64,000 nucleotides of DNA from Azolla caroliniana (GCA_043228905.1 JBHGNT010000017.1:13268001-13332000); one strand, 5' to 3'. Positions 34,701 to 49,533 are shown, counted from the stretch's first letter. Numbers and translations are program-made. Notes: generated from the sequence alone by a model not told the origin.

Positions 34701-37570
34701 GCAACTATTGCGGCAAAATCGGCCATCGCGAAGAGGAGTGCCGAAAAAGACGAAGCGAGTCGGCCTCAACAAGCCGGCAACTCACAAATTACGCCGCGAA
34801 CGCGGAATACGTGGACTACGGCGGACTCTTCGTGATGAGGCATAGAGCGAACTCTATGATGGCCTCCGATCCCGCAAACTCCGCAAGCACCTCCAACTCC
34901 GAACACACGTGGTTCGTAGACTCCGGCGCCTCGCACCACATGACGTCGCACCAAGAGTGGTTTCACGACTTGCGAACGCCGGATCGACCCGGCTACATAG
35001 AGACCGGAGACGACACTCTACATCCCATTCGGCACATCGGCGATGTCCCATTCGGGAAAGAAGGCGAGCAAACTTGCATCAAGAATGTCTTGCACATGCC
35101 CACAATAACAAAGAATTTGGTCTCGGTCGGCCAAATCGTGGAGCAAGGCATGCAAGTCCACTTCAACAATGAAGGTTGCTTCATCGAGAAAGACGGCCAA
35201 CTCATAGCCAAGGGACGGAGAGACGGTCACTTGTTCATCCTCGACTCAAACGAGGTAAAATCGACCATGTACGCCAAAGGTCTCAAAGACCGAGACAAAC
35301 ATCGAGTTGTGGTACAAGCGAATCGGCCACGTAAACCTCCAACGGCTTCGCGGAATGCAATCAAAGGGAGTCGTAATCGGACTTCCGGCCTTCGAATCGA
35401 AACGAGTCGACAGAGTGTGCGAAGCATGCCAACTCGGCAAACAACATCGACTCCCATTCCCGAAGGAGAGCTCCGCGAGCAAAGGCCTCCTCAACGTCAT
35501 ACACTCGGATGTATGGGGACCGGCTCAAACGCCGACGCTCGGCGGATGCCGCTACTACGTCACCTTCATCGACGACCACTCGCGCTACGCGTGGATATAC
35601 CCGATGAAGAAGAAGAGCGAAGTGCTCTCCCACTTTCAAAGGCTCAAAAGCCAAGTGGAGAAAGAAACCGGTCGGCACATTCGATGCCTACGATCGGACG
35701 GAGGAAAGGAGTACTTCTCCAACGAGTTCACCTCCTACCTCCAAGGTGAAGGCATTCGTAGAGAATTCTCATGCCGACACACTCCCCAACAAAACGGAGT
35801 AGCCGAGAGAAAGAATCGGCAAATACTCGAGGTAGCACGCGCCATGATGCGTGAGAAGCACATGCCGAACTTCTATTGGGCGGAAACGGCATCCACGGCC
35901 GTCTATCTCATGAATCGATGCACCACAAATAGCGTGCACGAGCTTACTCCATACGAGATCTTCGTTGGAAGAAAGCCCATCCTCTCACACCTCAAGGTGT
36001 TCGGAAGCATTGCGAATGTACGCATCCCAAACGAAAGTCGAGAGAAGCCCGACGCGAAGTCGGAGGAATGTATCCTCATAGGATACTTGTCCACGAAAAA
36101 GGCGTACAAATGCTTCAACCCTTCAACCCGAGCGGTGCGGATAAGTCGCGACGTCGTTTTCGACGAATCGGCATCTTGGTATAAGCCCGATGCGACTCCA
36201 TCCGACCCGATCGAGGAAGCGTTGAACGCCAACTCGGACGACGAAACTCGGCCAAGTCCTCCACCGACGGACAATCCAAGCTCTACCGAGCTAATTGGCC
36301 CACAAGAGCCTCCACGCAATGAAAACACGTCGCGGCCAAGTCCGACATCGGACAAAGGCAAAGGTAAGATGCCCGAATACGAAGTCGAGGTCCACCCCGA
36401 CGACCGTGATTCGGATGATTCGGCTCGCTCATTAGACAGTGAGTTCGGTGTACCCATCATGAGGACACCCGGAGTAAAGAAGGCGCTCACATCGACAAAT
36501 GAGAAACTCCGCCGCTCATTACGAGCGAAAACCCAAGTCACTCGTTACACCTACAACGAGTATATGGCCCATCACTATGCCCTCGCGATGAAGGTAGTGG
36601 CCAAACAAGAGCCCGAGGATCCAAGCCTTCGTCACAGGCTTGAGGGGGAGAACAACGCCGCGCAACAAAGCCGCGGAGAGCCGCACAACAAAGCCGCAAA
36701 TACACGAAGAAAGCCGTGCAACACCGCGAAGAAAGTTGCAAGCCGCACCGATGCCGACGAAGCCGAAGGAAGCTAAACCGGACCTTGGACGCCTCACACT
36801 TGAGCTTGAGGGGGCGTGTTGAGATATCAAGCTCAACTAGTTTAATCTAGTTAGTCAACACATGTAACTTAGTAGTTACCTAGATCGAATCTAGTTAATG
36901 TGTTGACCTTAAGCCTTTAAATAGGACCTTGTACTTAAGTGGGATATTCTAGATCCTCCACTCCTTAGTACATTTAATGTAGGACTTACACATAAGTACC
37001 TATGTTCTACCCACACATGTGCACCTTTGCACATGGGTTGTATATATACCTCATTGTGGGTATTTTTGTAGTTGATGACACTTTTCAATATAGTCAATCA
37101 TCCCCCATTTATCTTTGTGTTCAAGTGTAACTTCCTCTCACACACTCTCACCCACATATCATACTAATCTTCCGCTGCTTAACGTAACCATATAATTAGT
37201 CTCTAATTAACCCTAGTTAATTACATAATTACTTAACAATAGTCGACCCCGTGTGTTTGTGCATACCCTTTTGCCACAAGTTGGGCCTTATATCGATTGA
37301 TGGTGCCGTTGGCATTGTGCTTCACCTTGAATATCCACTGGCATCCAATTTCCGTTTGATGGGGTGAAGAGGGGACAAGATCCCATGTCTCATTTTTGGA
37401 GAGTGCTTGCATCTCCTCATTCATCACTCTGACCCATCATGGGTCCTTCGCGGCTTCGGAAAATGTTTTTAACTCTCGGATTGTTGCCACCTTCATCATG
37501 AATGCATAATGATATGCCATGTAGTCATTATAACCGAATCCGTTGACTACGTTCTTCTCTCGGGTGGACT
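31600..37570 (-). mobile_element. Ty1/Copia remnant (RT, RNase H, PPT, partial LTR), split by a nested Copia
   Basis: LHQMDVKNAFL, FVDDLVIGG, TKHVEVHYHFIRE. RT continues at 37239-37570 across the ATAGT TSD. Outer boundaries approximate. Confidence 0.85.
33309..37238 (+). mobile_element. Ty1/Copia element lacking RT and RNase H (gag-protease-integrase only)
   Basis: LTRs at 33309-33746 and 36817-37238; ATAGT TSD; iMet PBS TGGTATCAGAGC at 33747. Motifs: gag, CNYCGKIGH, WFVDSGASHHM, integrase HSDVWGP/RSDGGKEY/PQQNGVAER. The sequence jumps from EPE (~36615) to the pol end. Confidence 0.93.
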
Positions 37571-37679
37571 AACGTGTCCATCTTCAATAAGAAGGGATAA
37601 TTCTCCTTTCCTAATATTAGCATCTACCGTGGATAAGAAACAACCAAGTGTTAGCCAAATTTGAGATATGCTATAGTCA

Positions 37680-39003
37680 CCTACATGTCCATTTTATGAT
37701 TGTACAGAAGGCCTTGAGCAGGTCATTCTCAATGAAGGATATGGGTTCGGCAAGGCAGATCCTAGGGATGCACATTGTCCGGGATCGGACAAAGAGACTA
37801 TTGTGGTTATGACAAGAAAAGTACGTGACAAAAGTGCTCCAGAGATTCAACATGCAAAATGTGAAACCAGTCGGTTCGACAGTACTGACAAACAGCAAGT
37901 TGTCTGGGAGATAAAGTTCGAAGATGAAGGCGGAAAGGCTGAGATGACAAAGATTCCCTATGTCTCAGCCATCGGAGGCCTTATGTATGCGATGGTTTGC
38001 ACCAAACTGGACATCGGATATGTTGTTGGAGATGTCAGCCAATTCATGAGCAATCCTGGCAAAGAGCACTAGGCAACGGTCAAGTGGATACTTCGGTACT
38101 TGAAAGGCACCTCAAGCACGTGCCTCCGATTCGGTTCAGGTAACCCCTTATTGGAAGGCTTTACCGACTCGGACATGTCAGTTGATGTAGATACCAGCCA
38201 ATCCACGTCCGGGTATGTAATGACTAATGCAGGGGGAGTTGTCTTGTGGCAGTCGAGGCTGCAAAAGGCCGTGGCGCTGTTGACCACAGAAGCCGAGTAT
38301 ATGGCTACAATAGAAGCTGGCAAGGAGATAACTTGGATGAAGGAGTTCATCGAAGGGTTGGAGATTCGGCAAGAAGAATTCTGACTCTACCACGATAACC
38401 AAAGTGTCATCCATCTTGCGAAGAATGTTGCCTACCACTCGAAGATTAAGCACATCCAACGAAGATACCATTGTCTTAGAGAGAGGGTAGAAGAAAATGA
38501 CTTTGTTCTAGTGAAGGTGCACATAGTAGAGAACGGGTCAGACATGTTGACGAAGGTGTTGTCGGAAGATAGACTGGACGCGTTTCGAAGTCGGGTTGGG
38601 TTGATGCAACACCCCATGCTGGAGTGAAGGGGGAGTTTGTTGGGAAACAAGATCCCTCTAGATGGGAAGGAGATCACGAGCCGGATCAATAGGATCCTAA
38701 GGAAAAGAGAGACCGGGTTCGGATCTGGATTGGTAACCAGGATAGTGTCCGAATCGACATCCAAAAAAGGATACATATGTAAATATGTTTCGGTTGCGCC
38801 TACTTGGGCCAGATTTGTGAATACACCCAAAGTTATATAAGTATAAATATAACTAGGGCAAAACTATGTAGTTGTAGTTCGTAAGTGTAGAGTGTTCTTG
38901 ACTGTGTAACAGTTAGATAGCGTGAGAGATAGAAAGAAAGAAGAAAGATATATTAATGTCTTCTAAGGCCAAAATTGACCCATGAGACAGTTGGTTTACA
39001 ACA
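37680..39003 (+). mobile_element. Second-family Copia 3' fragment (RT end, RNase H, PPT, LTR start)
   Basis: IPYVSAIGGLMYAMVCT, GFTDSDM, LLTTEAEYMA, KHIQRRYH; PPT GAAGGGGGAG then TGTTGG at ~38639. LTR end uncertain. Confidence 0.8.
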
Positions 39004-39479
39004 AAACGGGTATTTATCCAATCATCAGAACTAAAAATAAAATAAAATAAAAATAGAACTTAAGCTAAGAGAGTTCTAGTAGTTTACAAAACGTGGTATA
39101 TTCGATAAAGGAAGTGCCTTTGCACTAAGCCTAATTTCATTTCCACCCAAGCCTCTCGAAAAGAAGTGGGAGGTCAAAGGGTTTTGGTGTGGGTGTGACC
39201 CATGGTCCCAGTGTAGAGAGTGCCCCAACCATGGCTTCTAGGCGGTGTAGCTCACGTTCCCTTATTTTCTTTATTGCTTCTACACCACATCGAGTTGCTT
39301 TGAAACTCGGCATCCGAGGTCGTTTGGTTCTTCTTTGGTTTTCTGCTTCATCAAGGAAAAGGCTGAGTGGTGCAGGTGTGTCAAAATTCGTTGTCTCCCC
39401 CTATTCTTGAAAAACTTCATTTGTTACATGTTGGTGAATATTAGCAACATTATTGTCAACGTTATTGTCAACATTTTGT

Positions 39480-41975
39480 AACTTATTCTCTCTGTGTTGT
39501 TTTAGCTCTGGGATGTATCTGCCTAATTTCTTTATATCTAGAGTATCTAATAGTTTGGGGAGGGTGGGAGAGGAACCAAGTATGTCTTGGTATTTTGCCC
39601 TTATCTCAGTGTAGGTTGGACACTTGCATGTAAAGTGGTACTCATCCTTTATCTCTATGTGGCATAACCTACATATCCTTTCCTCCTAGGGATTCCATTA
39701 GTACGACCATTCTCAATTTCAAGTTGGTGAGATGATAATCTAAGTTGTCCAATGGCAACCCTTAGTGCATGTGGTAAGAATACATCTAGATATTTTGGCC
39801 CCGTAATAAAACCTAACTTAGAGAAGTGCATGGATTGTTCCTTATAGTACAACATTTTAGATGGGAGTGGCTCTAGTGGGGTGATCCATTTATACCGAGT
39901 GTAAATTTGCGATATTTCTTGGCGTATTACTTTATTGCGGTTAACAATCGGCAACGGTTCAGTTTGGTTTGAGAGGGTCCAAACCGAACCGTTTAAATTT
40001 TTTGAAACCTGAACCAAACCGAAATGAACCACGAAACCGTTAAACCGAACTGTTAAATTTTTTCAAACTGTTAAACCATTAAACCGTAAAAACCGCGGTT
40101 TTGTGGTTCGGTTTTGGTTTTTCAACATAGGTCAAATTTTTAATTTTTGAAATTTTTGAAATTTTTGAAGATGTTTCTAAAATGTGAGAATAAGGTCTCA
40201 AAATGAAAAGATTGTTTAAAAACAATTTTGTAAATTTATTTTTATTTTATTTTTTTAAAAACTGTTAAACCGTTTAACCGTTTAAACCGCGGTTTTTTAC
40301 TGTTGAAACTGAACCGAACCGTTGAAACCGTTAAGTCGTTAAACCGCAGTTTAGCGGTTCGGTTCGATTCAAACCGAACCATTGCCGATTGTCAATTGCG
40401 GTCCTCATGAGAGATTAAAGTGTTATCAATCGCGTGGTTGTACCCAAGGGGAGGTAGGTTATTAATGTCTAAACCATTCGCAAGAAGCCAACTCACTATC
40501 ATGCCATACCATGAGCTAGTATAATTAGACTCATACAGTGATCGAGAAGCCTTAAAGGCTTGATGAGATATTCTATCATGTGGTTGGCTATGTATCTTGT
40601 GAATAAAGACTACAAGTTGAAAAAGGGCATCTACTAACGTCGGGGGTAAAGTGAACTCAGCCCTAATAATGTCATGTGGTACTGTCGATTTGCTTCGGAG
40701 TTGGCGTGATAACATCATCACCAATGGTCTCTCTAATTGCGTCCACATGAAAGATGGTAGTCTTGGAGCCCAAACCACTTATGCATACATGAGGGAGGGG
40801 GTCACTAATGAGTCAAAGAGCCACCCTTTAGTCTGTGGCTCTTGAAAGTATGCTTCATGGCATTGTCTCTCTAGGAGTGAGAGGGATGCATGTCCTCTCG
40901 TAAGTCTATCCTTCACTGCCTGTCGAAAATTTACTTGAGCAGGCACTGAAAGTGACTCTAAGATAGACATATGATCCAACCACCTCAATTGGGCTATGGG
41001 AGATAGTTAGGTGACACTTAGCTCTAACTTGGGCCGATGCGTGGAAGATAAGGACTTTAGTTTTCCCTTGGTTCACTATCAATCCTCGTGCGCAAAAGTC
41101 ATCTAAGGCATTAAGGTGCCTTTGTAGGTCGTGTTCGGATTCAGAGAGCAAAACTATGTCATCTGCATAAAGCAAGATATGAAACTGCGTATCCCCAAGG
41201 ACTACTCCGTTGCCTCCCTTACGAGCAATAAAATCTGTGATCTCATCAATGTAGATCCCAAAAAGAGTCAATGATAGGGGGCAACTTTGGTTTACACCAA
41301 TAGTGCATTGTGCTAGTGAAACAATTGGATAGACCAAATGGGCATAAGACACACCCAGACACTTGTTCATATAGTGCGTAGATGGCCCAAACCATGTCAT
41401 CTGGTATCCTCAAGCTTTTAAGCCTATCAAACAACCGCTATCTAGGGACCATGTCAAAGACTTTGTGGAAGTCCACAAAAGAGCAATATAATTTCTTCTT
41501 GCGAGCCTTAGTCTGGTCAATTAAGCATCTAAGTGTGAAGATATGATCAATAGTGGAAAAGGCTCGCCTAAAGCTAGCCTGTTCTGGTGCGTGAAGATTT
41601 AGGGTCTCCATATAATCGCTAAGCTTTGCCTCCATTACTGCACCATATAATTTAGCAAGGGTATGACCTACCATAATGGTCCTATATGTATTTGGGTCCA
41701 TGGGGTTCCCCCCTTCATGTTTGGGGGTCACTGTGTTCATAGTCCATTGTGGTGGAAAACCCTCAGTGAGGGCACACTTGAAGATTAGAATTAGAAATGT
41801 AGCTAGACACTCTCGCACATTTATGATGTGTTCTGCTCGCAATTCTGTGTGTTCCATGGAGTCCTTCCTATGTTGTAATTTCTTTATGACCTTCGCGACC
41901 CTAGAGGTCGTGAAAAGTGTCCCCATGGTAGGTCGGGGTGTAGAAGGCACTAGAATGGGTGGTTGGTTTGGGATT
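39480..41975 (-). mobile_element. RTE-like LINE reverse transcriptase remnant
   Basis: QASFRRAFSTIDHIFTL, FVDFHKVFDMV, LLYADDIVLLS, LRLSSHQLEIENGR; interrupted by a MITE. Confidence 0.85.
39942..40394. mobile_element. hAT-type MITE
   Basis: 8-bp TSD ATTGCGGT (39934-39941, 40395-40402); ~25-bp TIRs T(A/G)ACAATCGGCAA(C/T)GGTTC; many AAACCG subterminal repeats. Confidence 0.88.
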
Positions 41976-42514
41976 TGGTAAAGTCTCTCTGTATATGTGT
42001 GCCAAGTTTCGATTGTTACATCTCTGTTGTAGCCTCCATCAGACGAAGAAGACGAGCTCGAGGTTGTTGCATGCGAATCTCATTGTATTCCTCTCATATC
42101 AAAGTGAAACAGTTCAAACTTCGGGAACTCCCGTGGTTTTTCCCTATTAGGGTTTCCACGTTAAAATACCTTGTCTTTGTATTTGTGTTTCTTATGTTTT
42201 CTATCGGTTTAAATGTTTGCACCTCTCATACATGAATCTAGAACCGGTTGTGGCCGGCATCGATCTCTACAAAAAATGTGAAGATGGCTTCCAATATCCT
42301 TACCCTAAAAGGACAACCTTCAATATACTAATATCATGTAATAAATTCCTAATATACACATATATATGTTTATGACATTTATACGATTAGACGTGTATAT
42401 ATATAAGAATCATCAACAAAACATAAACCAACAAATGATGTAATCGAGAAACATAATCGAGGCATATAGCCTCTACACACACAACATAAAAAAAATAAGA
42501 TGAAAGTAATATGG

Positions 42515-42725
42515 AATCGAGGTATTGACCTCTTACGCATATGACACAAATTGCATATCAAATACATGGCAATTGAGGTATTGACCTCATAAGCATACAT
42601 AACATATGTACGTCTACATAATACGCAATTGAGGTATTGACCTCTAACGCATATTACACAAATTGCATATCAAATATATGGCAATTGAGGTATTGACCTC
42701 ATACGCATACGTAGCATATGTACGT
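42515..42725. repeat. Local tandem duplication (GAGGTATTGACCTC x4)
   Basis: Two ~110-bp units, each with two copies of the motif. Confidence 0.75.
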
Positions 42726-44679
42726 TTTATACAACCAAACTATTACCACTACAACATAATTGAATGGTTGAACGTATTACATATCGACTTAAACATGATT
42801 GGGAAGAAAAAGAATAGAAAAAAAGAAAAGGAAGGAAGTACCAAAGTTCCTTTGTTGATGCGTTTTTAGATCAAGCTCGAAAGAACATCGATCAATCAAA
42901 ATCCAAAACAAATCACAACAAAAAAAACATTAAAAAAATGCTCGGATACCAAATGTTAGAGCTTAATCCTAATGTAGCAGGAAATAAGGAAATATGAGAT
43001 AAGTAGATAGAGGAAGAGAGAAAGAAGGGTGTCGATCCACCCGACCATCCCGAGCGAAGGGATCGAGACGGACTTGAGCCTTGATCGGCGTCCCACACCA
43101 CCGCCATGGCATTGAGTCGTACCTGGTACTAGCGTGCTTGCTACAAGAGTTCGTTCACCACACGATCACAGTCTTGGCATAGTCAAATGATGTGACTAAT
43201 GAGGATAGTTAGGGCTCATATTTATAGCCAAACCTAAGGCCCCTAGGCAAGTTCACACTTGGCCCTTGTGGGTTGTCTCAATTCCTAGGATTAAAAGTAA
43301 TCCTCCCTTCTTTACACTCTCAATTAACCCTCACACTTTATCGTCATGTAAAGAATACTACGATACAACTTACCATGGGATCATTTATGGCTATGCTCGT
43401 AATAGTATCTATGGGTTGAACCTGTGCATTAACTCATTTTCTACTACAAATTTCTTGGTTTTTCCAATTAATCTTTGGATTATGCATCTCAAATTAGGGC
43501 AAACCAAGGACAACCGAATGTTCGAGACTATTACACATGCTAATTCTTCTAAGACCGCTCAAACTAGTTCAGACACTTCCACTATATTGCCCGAAGCAAT
43601 AGCTTGTCTATCTATAGCTAGTAATAAAGCTAGACAAGGAAGCTTTTCTAAAGTTATTTTGTGTGTCAAAGCAAAATCTCGATCCTTGAATCAAGAGTTG
43701 GCACCAATATCTAAGGCAGTAGGAAAATGTATGGTGGTACCACTTAATGTATTCACTAGGGCTAGGGTTGAGAAAACACTACTAATTTGCTTGGATAAAA
43801 TGAAACCATTACTCGGAATTGGTTAAAACGATCTCTAATTGTCTCACCAAATGGCCCCAATTTTGGTTGGACTCACACCACATGGCTAGTGACGAAGGCA
43901 ATAATGTCCAAAAATGTTGGTGCATTGATGGAGAATGCCAAGAGAAAAGTATGAGCTCTCCAATATTTTGTTCCTCTCACTAACAAAAATCTACCCATTT
44001 TCTCACTTTTGAAAGTGAGTATACATATGAAAATACATATAAGTGTGAGCCTTTTCATACAATATTTAATAATAACATTTGGGTATCTATGACCCATCAA
44101 CACACCTAAATAGTGTAGCTAGAAATACTAACAATTTGTGCCATGATCCACACCTAAATAGTGTGGCTAGAGGTGGGAAGAGGAATTGTAAAGAATATAT
44201 TCAAGGAGGAATTGTAAAGAACATATTTGAATCAGAATTGCCTTCCTTTTGCAAAAAGAATTTCTACTAATGTATTAAACATGCATGTACACTTGAATAT
44301 GGATGTTGTTATTATCCTCGTCAAGTCGAGGCAATGATGTGTATTTAGAGAGGGGGGGCTGGTTTTAGTTTGGTTCAATTTCTTTCTGTTGAAACCAAAT
44401 TGAATTGAACTGAACCATTTATAGAAAACAAAAATCAAACCATTTTTGGGGGGAATGGAATCTGACTATCATTTGTAGTCATATTTCTGAACTCAAAAAA
44501 AAACTATGAAAATACAAAAAAAACTGTGAATTTACCAATTCCCTAAAAATATTTATTAAAGCATTAAATTAATAAAGTATTAAGGAAATAAAAAAAGTTA
44601 ATTAATAAACCATTAAATCAATAAACCCAAGTTTTAGAACCAAACCCAACCATTTAATTATATTGGAACCAATAAACTT

Positions 44680-45154
44680 GAAAATAATTAGGTACTTAAC
44701 TAAGGGTTAATTAGTATCAAGTAATTAATCACATATGCGATTAAGCAACGGAAGACTATGTGACATACGAATGTGTGTATGTGTGTATGTGTGTGCGCGC
44801 GCGTGAGAGAGTGAGAGAGACAAACACAATGGGGGATCATTAACACAAATTGTGGCTAGAAGACCTTTTTCACTATTAATAAGCATCATCAACAAAAATA
44901 CTCACAATGAGGTATAAATACATCTCATGTGCAAAGGTGCACATGTGTGAGAAGAATATAGGTACAAGGGTGTAAGTCCTACATTAAATGTACATACTTG
45001 GTAGTGGGGGATCTAGAAAATACCTCACTTAAGTACAAGGAACAAAATTCTATTTAAGCCTTTATAGTCAACACTCTAACTAGAATCTATATGTAACTAC
45101 TAAGCTACATGGTTGGCTAAATGATTAAACTTAGTTGATTTTGATATCTCAACA
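44680..45154 (-). mobile_element. Solo/decayed Copia LTR related to the 33309 LTR, inside an AAACC-rich MITE-like sequence
   Basis: The reverse complement begins TGTTGAGATATCAAAATCAACTAAGTTTAATC and shares CTTGTACTTAAGTG and CACATGTGCACCTTTGCACATG with the 33309 LTR. Confidence 0.8.
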
Positions 45155-47199
45155 AAATTGTTAAACATGGCTTAACGGTTTGGTTTGAGCCGAAACCAAG
45201 CCCATAGCTAGGGTTAATTGCAAGTAGCATACCTATTAAAAACCATATTCCACATTTAGAATACGTTTTAGAATACTCTAAACTTTAAAGTATTCTACAC
45301 ATATTCTACATTTTAGAGTTCCCATTTTTCAAAATTTCTCATATTCAATGTATTCTAAAAATTTGACATATTCAATGTTTAAAACTTTTAAATTTTATGG
45401 TTTTTCAAAAAAGCTTTAGATTTTAAGAAGTATTGAGCGTATTTTACAAGTATTCTAAATATTTTATGTATTTTATATGTAAAATACGTATTCTATGTAT
45501 TTTTCAAAAAAATATTAGAATACTTAGCATCATAGTATGAACCATACGTACCATTTTTTCGTGCATTCGTGTTCGAGAATGATTCAATCATTCGAGAATG
45601 ATAAGCACCCTCGAAGAATGATAAATACCATACTTTTGGATAAATGATTTACTATAAGGTAAATATTTTTTCACGGTAAAAAAATTTTAAAAATTGCAAA
45701 AAAAACACATTACGTTTTTAATAACAATATGCTTTTTTTCATAAATCTATTTATTGTAATTTTTGTGCATATAAATTTTGTACTACATAGCTTTGTGTGT
45801 GTGTATAGACATTACACGAATTACTTCAAAATGATAGAAATTATAGACAAATTAAAGCAATTACAAGCTTTATAGAATAATTTCATTACAGAAATTTCAT
45901 TATAGAACTTTAAACCCTATTATTAACCCTAAATATACCTAAATCTCATTGGTATGCAGATCGTTCGAGGCTAGGTGGGAGAGGAGAGGAGAGCGTAACG
46001 TTACGTTGATGTGCAGAGGAAAAGGGGGAAAAGGGGGGGAAAGAGAGAAAAAAGAAAAAAAAAAAAGGAAAAAAAAAACACACGAATATTTATTTTTTTT
46101 CCAAAAAAAGATACTACATTAGTATTAGAAAACCGCCATAAGGCTAAACATACAAGCTATACCGATCCCCTATATTTTTCTAAAGTCTAACCATTGGCTT
46201 GAATAAACACTTTGGTGTTGAGTAGAACCACTCCACCTTACCAAAATACCAAAACACACGAATATTTGAATATCATTCGTGTTCGTTTTCCAACGTATGA
46301 AAATGAATGATATGGCAGACGATCACGAATTTTACGTACTATGCTTAGCATACATATTTGATGCGTATTGTATGTTAAGTATTCTACATCAATGGTTGGG
46401 AGGATGGATAGATTTTCGTTGTATACTTGCTTAATAATAAAGTTTTTAAGTTCCATTGGCACAAATTGCATTATTGATTGTACCACTCATAATTTTATTT
46501 GTAGATAGCACACCGTAACAACATGGAGTGTAACGTTCATTATGGAAAAAGAGATAGAGTCATAAATTGAATAGTGGTTATAAAATATTTGGGATGGAAG
46601 TACATGATTAAGGAAACCCTTTTACATAGGGTGTCAAGCTTAGGAAGAGAGAAGAGGTAATATTGAGACAGTGGTAGAGGGGAATCCTTCACTTTCAGCA
46701 TGGTGAGACTACAAATGATGATGGCAACATTCCCTTCCGGTCATCATAGGCCTCCTACCACTCATCGTGATTCATTGACAAAGCCTAGGCATTTTGATTA
46801 CCCAAGCATGTAAACCCAAAAATGAGCTATAATATTTTGGAGCTTTCCAAAATATCATAGAGATATGTTGCCTCCTTCAACATTGCTTTTCCTCTTTTAA
46901 CATGCACCATCTCTTCTACGTTTGAGCATATATGTGATTTATCTTTGCATGGGTGCTAGATTTTGGCAAAATGTACATCATTGAGTCCCAATTTATCACA
47001 TACTTCCTTGCCATCTCTCGTTCATTGTATATCATTGTTCCTTGTCTGCCACCTTTAGTTTATATCAAATTATTGATCTTGTTATTGCAATGCTTAGCTC
47101 TTACCAATGGAACTATATTCACATTCTCATATTTTCCCTCAATTGTTAGTTCGACTCAAATCTCAACCTAATGTGAAACTGAACATTTGAGCTTCTTTG

Positions 47200-48480
47200 T
47201 CGCTTCTCACATGCCACAACATGACATCGACAATGATGGTGACCATATAGAATGATTCAAACGTATTACGCAAGTTGAGGAACCACTCCCAGTTGGAACA
47301 AGAGTTATTGCTATTGGCCTAGAATTAGACAATCAAGAAAAAGTTTGGTTTTGCACACTTTATGATGAAATCCAGAATGACATAATTTATGTCAAAGAAT
47401 AAACATTGACCAACTTTGCGAGAACGAAAATTAAGTTGAATCCCATAAACCTATTCTTCTCTCTAGACAAGAGGCAAACTAGACATTTGGGAACTCTATC
47501 CATTAGATTAAAAGACTAGACAACATTTGTGGCACCAACGACAAGATGACAGATGAAAAACACATGAATCAATTAATTCACAAGTTGAATGACCCCATCC
47601 TGAAAAACTTCCCGATCATTTTCCAATGCCAAAACCTCAAGCATCCTTGCATGATATTATGAGGTTCTATGATTCAATGACGACTTTGTAAAAACCCACC
47701 AAAAGGGCCATAAATCTTGGGGCCATTGAGTTAAAGGAGCCTAAATTTATTTATCTACCCTCCTCTATTCTATAGTCATTCTAGTTTAGACCATGTTTTG
47801 CTTCACCCAATATTGGCAATAGAGAGGCATGATAAATTCTTGAAAGAACCTTTACTTTTTTGCTTGGGAAACCATGAACTTGAGCTCGGGGTCGAAAATA
47901 ATCTCACAACCCCCCGTGACCATTCACCATACCACAAAACTAGAGTGAGCCTCTGGATACATTGTCCAAGAGAATATATATTGCCATACATGCAATGCCC
48001 ATCCATGGGCATAAATGTCCATTATTACATCAATGCATGACATAAATATACAATTTGTGCAAGGTGTTTGTGATGCTTAGCCTCAAGAATTTTTCATGGC
48101 CCGCAATGGGATATTCAAACAAAAGTCATAAGTCGAACATTTGTGATGCACACATTTCGAGCTGTTATGCTACCCCAAAAATTGCCATTACCTAGGATTA
48201 TGGCATGAGTCCCCGAACCCTAAACCTATGACAAAGAGGATAGTATTTAGAATGACAAAGTTTTCTCACATTATTCAAAAATAGATGGCGATAATTGTCC
48301 TCTATATGTGTTGAGAAGTGACACTCATGACCAAAGAGGAGGACCATGACATCCTCAACAGGTCTAAAGTAAAATGTGGCTTTGCTATAACATATCTTAT
48401 AACCTAAGGTGGTATACCTGCTCCATTAGTGCACCCAAGATTGTGTAGTACCCATTAAGTTTTTTTTTTCTTGGGGGGTG
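47200..48480 (-). mobile_element. Highly degraded Gypsy integrase remnant
   Basis: Fragmentary motifs such as PWMGIA and EIIFDPELKF (IVSDRD-like) in broken frames. Confidence 0.4.
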
Positions 48481-49522
48481 GGGGGATGGAGTTAATTAAG
48501 TATCCACTGGACATCTCACATCTTATGCTTTGGCTAGTGGGTATAGTCAAGATTCCTAATAGAAGAAGGGCAATAGTGAGAGATACAACACTGTAAATGC
48601 GTTAGAAAGTAATTACTTATAAACCTTTATACCCTTCAATATTTAAAAAGGATAGAGTTGTAATTAAGTTAAATGATGGAGGAAGTGTAAAAGTGAAACT
48701 ATGAACTTTGAAGTGTAAAAGTGAAACTATGAACCTTTTACAAAGGTTATTTTTCAATTAAACATACTCCCTAGAACTAAAGCTCGAGTCATTATGTCTC
48801 TCCTTAAATCACTTTCTCCACCTTGAGCCCTATGCCTAAAGCTTGTATCTAATTAAGTGGACTAGTAAAAGCTAAATTGTGTTGGCGATTTCTCGTTCTT
48901 TCATTCTTTCATCAAGTGCTTGGAAATATGGTAAAGTGTCTTCATGATTAAGCGATATTTCGTCCCTAGCTAAGGACTATTTTGGCGTAGCTATAATATG
49001 AGCAAGCAATGGCCCTATTGCCCCATTGAGGCAATGGTTAGTGATGCACCAATACAAAAAATGCGTTTCCAAGAGTGGGGTGGCAGAAAATCAACATAAC
49101 ATTGATTTGTCAAACCTAGGTTCGCCCCGAGCCTAGGTGCTAGTCATGACCTTCCCACACTTTCCTCTCATACCTTCCCCTAAGGCCCTACACACATACA
49201 CTCCTATGGCGAAGAAATTTTATGTTCGAAGCCTCATAAACAATGAAACTATCCTTATTCCCCATAAAATCCTAAAGTCTTCTTCCTATTAGGTGGATTA
49301 GGGAGAACAACAGGCAACATGGTACATGGGAGCATCATGTCCCAATACACACGAGATCATCCCAACCTCGTGCAAATGTAGTGAGGGGTAATCATGCAAA
49401 AGCTAACAAAGATACATACATACACATATAAATACGTACATATAAATACGAGATGTACATATAACATACATATGTAGATACTAATGGGTTGTGGTTTTTT
49501 TGTTTGTTTGGACTCTGGAGTG

Positions 49523-49533
49523 GCCGCTGGTTT
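49523..49533 (-). promoter_or_regulatory. HRPE-consensus motif AAACCAGCGGC upstream of PCO; G-boxes (CACGTG) nearby at ~49627 and ~49648
   Basis: Exact match to AAACCA(G/C)(G/C)(G/C)GC, ~625 bp upstream of the first ATG. Confidence 0.45.

Noticed and set aside
43266-43826. 186-aa plus-strand ORF
   Set aside because: No motif recognised; the region looks like decayed retroelement sequence on the opposite strand.
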